Of a DNA stretch of 33,556 bases, positions 7,377-15,182 are shown in pieces (the stretch's first letter is position 1; the number at the start of each line of letters is the position of its first letter). This stretch comes from a virus (Duplodnaviria; Caudoviricetes), in IMG/VR virus record IMGVR_UViG_3300031949_001704, positions 1 through 33,556 of that record. One strand, 5' to 3'. Below the pieces are notes generated by a model. It made no database searches. It worked only from the letters and a program-made list of their open reading frames with translations, and was not told the DNA's origin. Made by a program: the position numbers and the translations under genes.

Positions 7377-10300
7377 TCAGATGAGGAAGGTAATGTCGTA
7401 GGTGGCAGTGCGACGGACCGAGTGCGAAGACCGGTTGACGGTAATCTCGAACCCCACTTCCCGGATCGTCTCCAGGTCATTCGAGAACCGTTGGGCGAAC
7501 TGCTGGACGGAGTTCATGTGGAATAACAGGCCGAAGTCCTTGGATAGGCGCTTGATGGCCACGAACAGGTCGCGGGCAAGAGCGCCCTTGATGGTAGTCT
7601 CGTCCTGGAAGTCAATCTGGTAGCGTTCGAGAAACGCCGCCTTGTTCGTCTTGGCGACATTGATGGCGGTGCTCTCCAAATCAGCTTCAAGCGCGTGGCG
7701 GTAGGCCTTGAAGAGTGACGCCAGGCAGGTGGCGATGGGGTTGGATTCGCGGGCGGTTTCGAGGCTGACGTTGTTGAGTGTGGCGATCCGGCTCACGAAC
7801 TGCGGATGAAGTTCTTCCAGCGCCCGGTCGATCACCTCCTGCTGCTCCCCGGCGAGCATCATCAGGTACATGAGGCTCAGGTAGTCGTTGCATCGCCGCT
7901 TGCTGTGGTTTCCGAGGCTTCGGTGCAAAAGCCTCATCACCTTCTCCTGAGCGCCGGCCCGGAGCATGGCCAGCAGGTGGCTCGTGCGCTTCATCAAGGA
8001 AGAGACGATCAGATCGCGGTGCTCCCGGAGCGCGGCCAGAATTTTCGCTTCGAGGAAACAGTCACTCGCCTGCTCGTCCATGTCGAATCGGATGATGAAC
8101 GAGCGGGACAGGATTTCCGCGAGTTCCCCTCCCAGCGGCTCGATGCCCGTGGTGTTGAGCAGGCACTTGGTCCGTTCGATGACCGTCTCGGTGTCCGTGC
8201 CGCTCTTGCGCTTTTCCTTGGCGATGCCGGTGATGCTGGTCAGGATGAAGGTCGTCAGGTCCTCGGTCATCTGTTTGACCTCGATGTTGTCGAGGACGAT
8301 GAGCGGGTTCTGCGAGCCGTCGGTGTAGTTGGCCGCATCGGTGCTTTTCTTCTGCTGGGGCTCGCCGTAGAGCAGCGCTGAGATCAATTTACTCGCGGTG
8401 GTCTTGCCCGAGCCCGCGGGACCCTCGAACCGGGTCATGGGCCTCGTGCCTGCGAAATCGATCAAGAGGAAACAGGACAGCCACGAGAGGATCAGCACCC
8501 GATCACCCGGCGCGCAGGTGAGATTGTCGAGCAGCAAGTCCACAAGGAGCCGGTCGGCTTCGGCGGGATCGGCGTCAGGGAGGAAACGGATCGGGGCCAG
8601 CTTCCGCGAGCCGTCCAGGATGACGCCATCCGCATTGCCGCCGTTCTTGAGGATTTCGACGCCATCGGGGGTGATCTTGGCGATTTCGTGGTCGATGTTG
8701 TTCAGGTTGAAATAGACAGTCTCCCTGGCCACATCCGTGTGTAGCCAGGAGAAATGTTCCCGCACCTGCCCGCGCTCCACCGCCAGGTTCGCCAACACCT
8801 CGAAAAATGTGCGGCCGCCGCCGGTTGTCTGCACCATCCCGGTGTGCTTGTACATGAGGGACGCATAGAGCCGCTTGCGGCCGCGGTCGGGAGTATCCAT
8901 CCACAGGATCGTGTCCTCGAAAAACATGAATGGTTCCCCAAGCGGGGTGCGGAAGAAACGTGCCCCATGGGCGATGAACCAATCATAGGCCGCTTCCGCC
9001 GCCTTCGCGTAATCCGGTGAACCGCGTTCTTCCTCGGTGTCGAACAACACCTCCTCGATCCGAGCCCGGCAGGAACCATGCGGCGCGTCTGTGCGCGGCT
9101 TCTCTTTTCTCTTGTTGTGCTTGACATGCGACCGTTGATCCTTCTGCATCGCGCGGACCTGGCTGCGCAGGGTGCCCAGAGACAAGCCCGATTTGCCGAA
9201 CCGTTCCTGGATGAGTTTCAGATACCGATCCTGTTCCAATGGGGTAATGCGGGCGACCTCGCCAAGGATCGGTTCCAACAGTCGATTGCGTTCTTCTTCG
9301 GACACTTCGCTTGGCAATCGCGAGATGACGAACTCCAAGGGCGTCTCGGCCTTCGCCAGCAACTCTCCAAAGTCCCGGGCCGAGTGCCCTTCGGCGAAGT
9401 ACTCGTTGACGTCGATCTTGGCTTCGGAGAGCAGGCGTTCGGCTTCACGGATTTCCTCCGCGCTCTTGCCTTCGAGGCGCTTGGCCAGCTCGCGGGCTCC
9501 CACCGCCGCGTCGAGAGCGAACCGCTCCCGCAACTCCCGGCGGGCGTTCTCGCGTCTTTCATCCAGAGGGAGAACCGCAAGCCGGGTCTGTATTCGGTGC
9601 TCGGAAAGGACCGCTGCGGTCTTGAGCGCGCCGTTCAACCCGGCCTGAGAGATCTCGTTGTCCTGGCAGACATAGACCGTCTTCACGTTGCGAAGACGCG
9701 GCAGCAGCCGCTCCCAATCCGCCTCGCGGATGCGGACGGTCACCGGCGAGACCGCCGGAAATCCCTGTTCCATGAGGGATATGCAGTCGGTTACCCCTTC
9801 GGTGATGATCAACCGCTCCGGTCCGGCGAGCAGACAGTCCTCGTTGTAGAGATGGCTGTTGTCGATGCACGGAGCGATATGCCGGCGGGTGTTTTCGTCG
9901 TGGACGGGCAGCTTCTTGTACTTGCCCTGTTCCCACGGCTTGTCCGGTGTCCACGGCGTCTTGCGGCCGATCATGAATACGACGCGGCCGCGGCTCCAAT
10001 AGGGAAACACGATGCGCCGCTCGAAAAACGGATCGAGCCCGTCCTGATTGGTCGGGCGGAACGCACCGGATGCGGCGAGTTCCCTCGGGGCGAAACCGAG
10101 GTCCTTACCCGTCAGTTTCCGGATGACGCCGCCTTCGCCGTCGTTGTCCGCATAGCCGATGAGGAGCCTATCGGTTGTCTCGGCGGACAGTCCGTACTTG
10201 GATCGGAACCATTCGAGCGCGTCCGGATTCTCCTTGAGCCGCCGGTGATACTGTTCCGCCAGAGCCGTCAACACGTCGTGAACCCGCAATTCAACCAGGC

Positions 10301-10697
10301 GTTCGGCCTCCGCTTCCGCCAACTCCTCAGGCGAGAGTCCGTGCTTGGCCAACGACGGCAGCCCGGCCTTGGCCGCGAGGAAATCGCGGGCATGCTGATG
10401 GCTCTCCGGCATGGGGCCGGACTGGCCCCGGGTCACCCGGCCCGACTGGATGAACTCCACGAGCTGGAGCACATCGCCTCCGACGCCGCAGCCGAAGCAA
10501 TACCAACCCTGCTTGTCGAGCATGACATGAAGGGACCGGTGCGATTGGCTATTGTGGTTCGGGCAGTCGCATTGGAGCAGGCGGTCGGATTCGTGCGTGA
10601 CGCGGGAGCCGAGGAGTTCCCGGGCGACCGCGCCGATATCGATCTCGGTGATCCGCCGGTAATAGTCTTTTACATTGCTTAGCCGCTCAACTGCCAC
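7377..10697 (-). CDS. Primase-helicase-like replication protein (CHC2 zinc finger + TOPRIM + P-loop ATPase)
   Basis: CPNH...WYCFGCGVGGD, IITEGVTD, VCQDNE, Walker A GPAGSGKT, Walker B IVLDN. Confidence 0.9.
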   Translation of the reverse strand: MAVERLSNVKDYYRRITEIDIGAVARELLGSRVTHESDRLLQCDCPNHNSQSHRSLHVMLDKQGWYCFGCGVGGDVLQLVEFIQSGRVTRGQSGPMPESHQHARDFLAAKAGLPSLAKHGLSPEELAEAEAERLVELRVHDVLTALAEQYHRRLKENPDALEWFRSKYGLSAETTDRLLIGYADNDGEGGVIRKLTGKDLGFAPRELAASGAFRPTNQDGLDPFFERRIVFPYWSRGRVVFMIGRKTPWTPDKPWEQGKYKKLPVHDENTRRHIAPCIDNSHLYNEDCLLAGPERLIITEGVTDCISLMEQGFPAVSPVTVRIREADWERLLPRLRNVKTVYVCQDNEISQAGLNGALKTAAVLSEHRIQTRLAVLPLDERRENARRELRERFALDAAVGARELAKRLEGKSAEEIREAERLLSEAKIDVNEYFAEGHSARDFGELLAKAETPLEFVISRLPSEVSEEERNRLLEPILGEVARITPLEQDRYLKLIQERFGKSGLSLGTLRSQVRAMQKDQRSHVKHNKRKEKPRTDAPHGSCRARIEEVLFDTEEERGSPDYAKAAEAAYDWFIAHGARFFRTPLGEPFMFFEDTILWMDTPDRGRKRLYASLMYKHTGMVQTTGGGRTFFEVLANLAVERGQVREHFSWLHTDVARETVYFNLNNIDHEIAKITPDGVEILKNGGNADGVILDGSRKLAPIRFLPDADPAEADRLLVDLLLDNLTCAPGDRVLILSWLSCFLLIDFAGTRPMTRFEGPAGSGKTTASKLISALLYGEPQQKKSTDAANYTDGSQNPLIVLDNIEVKQMTEDLTTFILTSITGIAKEKRKSGTDTETVIERTKCLLNTTGIEPLGGELAEILSRSFIIRFDMDEQASDCFLEAKILAALREHRDLIVSSLMKRTSHLLAMLRAGAQEKVMRLLHRSLGNHSKRRCNDYLSLMYLMMLAGEQQEVIDRALEELHPQFVSRIATLNNVSLETARESNPIATCLASLFKAYRHALEADLESTAINVAKTNKAAFLERYQIDFQDETTIKGALARDLFVAIKRLSKDFGLLFHMNSVQQFAQRFSNDLETIREVGFEITVNRSSHSVRRTATYDITFLI

Positions 10698-10733
10698 TTA
10701 GGCTCCATTTTCACCAATATCCACGCTGATTGA

Positions 10734-10764
10734 TACTTACCGACCGGAAACACATTCTGACGGC
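10734..10764 (-). promoter_or_regulatory. Repeated bipartite promoter motif, copy 3
   Basis: GCCGTCA-N14-TCGGTAAGTA upstream of the primase. Confidence 0.6.
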
Positions 10765-10778
10765 GACCGGAAAATGTG

Positions 10779-10807
10779 TTGCTTTTCGTGCTCGGAAATG
10801 TTATTAT
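10779..10807 (+). promoter_or_regulatory. Housekeeping sigma70-type promoter heading cargo block 1
   Basis: TTGCTT-N17-TATTAT, 43 bp upstream of ATG 10850 and divergent from the primase promoter motif. Confidence 0.5.
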
Positions 10808-10849
10808 TTGACATTTAATGCTCACGAGTGGAGATGGAGACGGCGATTC

Positions 10850-11038
10850 ATGACTACCTGGTTGACTCTGGAAGAAGCAGCGAAGCACTTGAAAATCGGC
10901 AAGTCCACGATCTACCGTCTGGCTCGTGAAGGCGACCTGCCGGCCCATCGGATGGGCCGGGTCTGGCGGTTTGACGTCGACGAATTAGATGCCTGGGTGA
11001 AGAAACGACACACAATAGAAAAGAGGTCCCGCCCATGA
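10850..11038 (+). CDS. Excisionase-like HTH_17 DNA-binding protein
   Basis: WLTLEEAAKHLKIGKSTIYRLAREGDLPAHRMGRVWRF; GGAG RBS. Confidence 0.88.
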   Translation: MTTWLTLEEAAKHLKIGKSTIYRLAREGDLPAHRMGRVWRFDVDELDAWVKKRHTIEKRSRP

Positions 11039-11108
11039 AAGGACTGGAGATGTCAGGGCGCTTGTCTGACTTGAGCAAGGACCTGGGTTTTTCAACATTC
11101 AGAATGAC

Positions 11109-12236
11109 TTGGTGGTGGGGCACGTGATGATAATGCAAGATGTGGGAAGCCTTGATATGCTTCTCTTTTTGGGTGCTGGCGCTTCGCAATTTGCCGGATA
11201 TCATACGTTTCAGCGGTTTGGAGATCTTATGACTGATCCAGTCGTTCGATTACTGGAAGGGCTTCCCCACCAATCGGAAGAAACGCCACGACTTATTGAA
11301 TCCTTGAACCAGGCACTCATGGCTATGCATCGCCCGACGACTCATGACAACTACCTCTGGCTACTTAACGACTACCATACGTTCTGCGGCAAGTTTGACA
11401 CCCACTCTGGTATCCAAAATCGCTTCCCACGCATCAGAGACGAGATTCACGCGTTCGAGTCAATGATCACGACAGTCATCAATGACCTCACTCAGACAAC
11501 CTACTGCCATTACAGCCGTCAACGGGACCTAGGTCCAGTCGGGCAAGAGGTTCGCTCGCTATATGAGGAGTTGGCGTTGCGGAATAGCAGAACAGAGCCA
11601 TTTCTCCCCGTATTTACAACGAATTACGACCTACTTCTGGAGGATGTGTTCAAAGATAATCGTGATTCCTCCATTGCCGTTCCGCTCATCACCGGCATTC
11701 CTAGCCGAACCCGTAAGGGAGGGAAATGGAATCCAACGTACTACAATCGCAGGGGCGTTCATCTCTACCGATTGCACGGCTGCGTTGCTTGGTTCCGCGT
11801 CTCAGAAGACCAGTCACAAAGTACGGTGGCATTTGAACGGCCCGACAGCCTTGACGGAGACATGCTAGGCCGACTCTGCGTCATGTTTCCGGGTCGCGAA
11901 CTCATGATTGGAAATGACCCGCACGGTTATGCCTTCAGACACCTATATTCGCATCTCTTGCGCTGCAAGAAAGCGGTTTTCATCGGGTTCAGTTTTCGAG
12001 ACGATGATGTCATGCAGATTCTCCTTGCCGCAAATGCCACACGCGAGGAGCCTATACAAATGCGGATCATCGATCAAAGTATCGGGCCGGATGAGGTAAT
12101 AGAAAAACTCCAGGGTGCAGGCCTTCGGTCGCCATTCATATCCGCTGTCCCCCCTGCAATAGCCATCAGATGTCTTCGCATGGATTTTGGAGACACTGGG
12201 TGCAAGAATAGAGTGCTCAATTTCCTTGACGAATAA
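11109..12236 (+). CDS. SIR2-like (SIR2_2) putative NADase
   Basis: LFLGAGAS, VFTTNYDLLLE, LYRLHG and FIGFSFRD motifs; true start may be ATG 11133. Confidence 0.85.
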   Translation: MVVGHVMIMQDVGSLDMLLFLGAGASQFAGYHTFQRFGDLMTDPVVRLLEGLPHQSEETPRLIESLNQALMAMHRPTTHDNYLWLLNDYHTFCGKFDTHSGIQNRFPRIRDEIHAFESMITTVINDLTQTTYCHYSRQRDLGPVGQEVRSLYEELALRNSRTEPFLPVFTTNYDLLLEDVFKDNRDSSIAVPLITGIPSRTRKGGKWNPTYYNRRGVHLYRLHGCVAWFRVSEDQSQSTVAFERPDSLDGDMLGRLCVMFPGRELMIGNDPHGYAFRHLYSHLLRCKKAVFIGFSFRDDDVMQILLAANATREEPIQMRIIDQSIGPDEVIEKLQGAGLRSPFISAVPPAIAIRCLRMDFGDTGCKNRVLNFLDE

Positions 12237-12252
12237 GAGAGGAGTAGTTCCG

Positions 12253-13014
12253 ATGCAGGAGAAAAGTAAACAGCCTCAGCAGAAGGCACAGGTCAGTGCA
12301 GATCGAGTAAGTGCCGTTACTGGGGAGAAAGCTCGATCCTATTTTGATATCCAAGGCGAGAGAGAGGTGAAAGCCAAGAAGGCGGTAGCTGACCGCATTG
12401 TTGAGAAATACTTTCACCCAGGGGATTCGATTCTACTCGACGCTGGTACATCTCTCCATCCAATAGCCACTAGGATCGTGGAAATGAGTTTCGAAAAGCC
12501 GGATGAGACGCATTTTACCATAATGACCCACAACTATAAGGCATTTGAGATTCTTGTCGCGGCGGACAAGAAAGCGAACCTAAACATAGTGCTGGCGGGG
12601 GGTCGGTACGATCAGGACTTGAATGCGCTGTTCGGAGCACAAACGGCCTCGAACTATGAGAAGTTCTACCCGCGGACTGTTGTAATCGGCATTAGCGGAT
12701 TGGTGTCCGACACGGGCCTGTTCTGTCACGGCAATACTGAGGAACTGCAGGTCAAGGAACTCATATTTAAGAAAACCTGCATACGCAGAATAGTTGTTGC
12801 GCACCACACGAAACTGGGACTTCCGGACTCTTTCCTATTTGGCGCAACGCTCGGGTTGAAGGCTGGTGCAGTGGAAGGATGCACTATTGTTACGACCAAA
12901 CCATACGGAGACAGCAGTAAGCAAATCCTGGACAGGTATCGTGGCGAGGTCAACGACCTGCGGAAGAAGTATGGGATTGAGGTGGAGGAAATCGACCTAG
13001 GCGAGCGTCGATGA
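12253..13014 (+). CDS. Stand-alone DeoR/GlpR C-terminal sugar-phosphate sensor domain protein (no HTH)
   Basis: KKAVA...PGDSILLDAGTS, IMTHN, IVLAGG, VVIGISG, IVVAHHTKLG match DeoRC; GAGAGGAG RBS; N-terminus too short and polar for the DeoR HTH. Confidence 0.8.
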   Translation: MQEKSKQPQQKAQVSADRVSAVTGEKARSYFDIQGEREVKAKKAVADRIVEKYFHPGDSILLDAGTSLHPIATRIVEMSFEKPDETHFTIMTHNYKAFEILVAADKKANLNIVLAGGRYDQDLNALFGAQTASNYEKFYPRTVVIGISGLVSDTGLFCHGNTEELQVKELIFKKTCIRRIVVAHHTKLGLPDSFLFGATLGLKAGAVEGCTIVTTKPYGDSSKQILDRYRGEVNDLRKKYGIEVEEIDLGERR

Positions 13015-13102
13015 GCCACTCAGGAAGTAAGCCATGCCTCGGTTGCTACCTAGCCGGCAACTGCCTCTTCAGACGCGGAGTGTCAGTATACGGGGATGTG
13101 CC

Positions 13103-13160
13103 GGCCAACAAGCCGTTCCTCGCAATGGCTTATAGCCGCGTGTGATCCGCAACGCTGAAG
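13103..13160 (+). other. Degenerate attC-like site
   Basis: GGCCAAC-AAGCC...GGCTTATAGCC...GCAAC-GCTGAAG (GTT core changed to GCT); next gene starts 13 bp later. Confidence 0.5.
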
Positions 13161-13172
13161 CGAGGATTCTTT

Positions 13173-13706
13173 ATGCGAGACAACGGCGATTTCATTCAAG
13201 ACCTCCGCAGGGAGATTGAGAGCACGCAAGCAAGGCGGCACAAATACGTGCTCGCAAAGCTTGCGTTCGTTACCGGATTGCTGCGTGTTGGATTGGCAGG
13301 CAAGGATTCCATAGCCACCGGGCAGCTACTCTACCTCGTTCCGCTCGTTACTTTCGTTTTCGACCTTTACATTTTGGGTGAGGATTTTTCCGTTAAGAGG
13401 GCAGGTCGATTCATCCGCGAGAGCGCGGGCTCACCTGATGAGGAGCGGACTTGGGAGAGAGCGGTAATACGCACACGAGACTGGTTCAGCTATTTTGCCG
13501 GTCCGCTTTCGTCGGCCCTCGCCTTGGTCGCTGCGATTTTTGGCTTGCGCCTTCTGAAGGCAGGAACTGCGCCTGTCTGGTGGATTGCTCTCGGTGTCGT
13601 TTTTGTGCTGGTCGTCCTCGTTCATCGCACGATTCAGTCGGTCATCCTTGATCGCTTTGATCACTATGTTAGCGACGACAGAAGTAAAAGGCACACGAAA
13701 GCTTAG
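13173..13706 (+). CDS. Hypothetical membrane protein (about 4 TM helices)
   Basis: Hydrophobic segments around residues 26-42, 52-68, 108-127 and 134-151; GAGG RBS. Confidence 0.7.
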   Translation: MRDNGDFIQDLRREIESTQARRHKYVLAKLAFVTGLLRVGLAGKDSIATGQLLYLVPLVTFVFDLYILGEDFSVKRAGRFIRESAGSPDEERTWERAVIRTRDWFSYFAGPLSSALALVAAIFGLRLLKAGTAPVWWIALGVVFVLVVLVHRTIQSVILDRFDHYVSDDRSKRHTKA

Positions 13707-13806
13707 CAAGATAACGGGGGCGAGCACAGACGGGCGACGTCGGTGGCCAATGCGAACGAGCAAGGCTGACCCCGACACCTTTTCAGGAGGTATCGAGGAA
13801 TAGTAC

Positions 13807-15042
13807 ATGGATAAGCATTATAGTCTCTCGGATTTTGTGAACATGATCAGACTCCACAGGCCAGCAATTGACAGTCTGATTCAGGCAAAATCGTCAATGA
13901 GTCACATGGATCTGCTGGAAATATTCAGCTTGTCGACCGAACTGAAGGCAACCCGCTTCACCTACGTTATTGGTTCTATGAAGGGTTCTCAAGAAGACCA
14001 GTATGATGCCATGCTTGCTCGCTTTAGGAAGGCTGGTAATCAGAAGATCGTATCGATACTTCGGTCGAGGCGAGATCTCCCATGCATCGATATTCAAGAA
14101 TGCGTTTGGCTTGTGAACCGTAATTCGGATAGGGAAAGAGGTCGCGATTATGGCTATCCTGATTATGGAGAATTCAAAGACCGGCAGTTTGTATCTGGCA
14201 GGGCAAATGCGTTTTCAATCGATTGGAGCATGTTGTCGGAGAGCGGCGATGAAGTCAACCAAGCTGAGCGGGCATTCAAGGCATGGAAGGTTCTCACAAG
14301 CACTGCTTCGACCACTCGCAATGTTACTTATGAAGATCTTGCTAAGGCCATAGGTATTCATCATCGTGCAGTTCGCTACGTCCTCGGACTCATACAGGAC
14401 TATTGCATAGCGAGTAACCTTCCGCCACTAACTATATTGGTCGTTAACAAGCATACCAATAAGCCTGGGGCAGGATTTATCGCTTGGAGTCACGATAACC
14501 TTGAGGAAGGTCGTGGTCAAGTCCGCAGCTTCGATTGGGCTAAGGTGTCAAATCCATTTGAATTCGCTTCAGACGGCACTGCCGAAGACGAACTCGTTAC
14601 TCAGATTCTCAAGAAACCCGACGCTTCCCATGAGATCTACACCAAAGTCAAGGTGCGAGGCATGCAGCAGAGGATATTCAGGCAGGCGCTGCTGAAAGCC
14701 TATGGCGGCCGCTGTGCTTTAAGTGGCGCCGGATTCTCCTCAGAGATGCTTGATGCTGCCCATATCATACCTTGGTCCCAATGCTCGCCTGATTTGAAAA
14801 TGAATCCCCGAAACGGGGTCTTGATGCTTTGCTGTTATCATCGCTTGTTTGACATTGGAATTCTGTCCATAGACGTGGAGTATCGTGTAATCTTCTCAAA
14901 CAAGACTGGTCTGAAACTAGCCAAAGCAGATCAGGCGCTTGTGTCCTCCCTACATGGGAGAAAGATTTCATTACCTAAGGACAAGGCACTCTGGCCCGAC
15001 AAAAGCCTGATCCGTCAACGCAATGAAAGCAATGCCAAATAA
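13807..15042 (+). CDS. HNH endonuclease with winged-helix-like middle domain and extra N-terminal domain
   Basis: FRQALLKAYGGRCALSG...DAAHIIPW...NPRNG...HRLFD; middle region YEDLAKAIG...LPPLTILVVNK...PGAGF. Confidence 0.85.
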   Translation: MDKHYSLSDFVNMIRLHRPAIDSLIQAKSSMSHMDLLEIFSLSTELKATRFTYVIGSMKGSQEDQYDAMLARFRKAGNQKIVSILRSRRDLPCIDIQECVWLVNRNSDRERGRDYGYPDYGEFKDRQFVSGRANAFSIDWSMLSESGDEVNQAERAFKAWKVLTSTASTTRNVTYEDLAKAIGIHHRAVRYVLGLIQDYCIASNLPPLTILVVNKHTNKPGAGFIAWSHDNLEEGRGQVRSFDWAKVSNPFEFASDGTAEDELVTQILKKPDASHEIYTKVKVRGMQQRIFRQALLKAYGGRCALSGAGFSSEMLDAAHIIPWSQCSPDLKMNPRNGVLMLCCYHRLFDIGILSIDVEYRVIFSNKTGLKLAKADQALVSSLHGRKISLPKDKALWPDKSLIRQRNESNAK

Positions 15043-15058
15043 AAGGTGACGCGTGTGC

Positions 15059-15157
15059 AGCTGACAACAACTCTGGTCAGGTTTCGGCTGCTTATAATGC
15101 TGAGCGCCTATGCGACAACATGGTAAATAAACTCCATGACCGGCCGTTGAATTAGCT
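15059..15157 (+). other. Degenerate attC-like imperfect palindrome
   Basis: AGCTGACAACAACTCTGGTCAGGTTT pairs imperfectly with AAACTCCATGACCGGCCGTTGAATTAGCT and fills the HNH / J-domain intergenic space. Confidence 0.45.
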
Positions 15158-15182
15158 AGGAACGATTGTGCGGAGAGAACAG

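Noticed and set aside
11109-12236. Canonical Thoeris ThsA, DSR or SIR2-HerA
   Set aside because: Protein is only 375 aa with no SLOG or long C-terminal region, and there is no adjacent TIR, HerA or Argonaute gene
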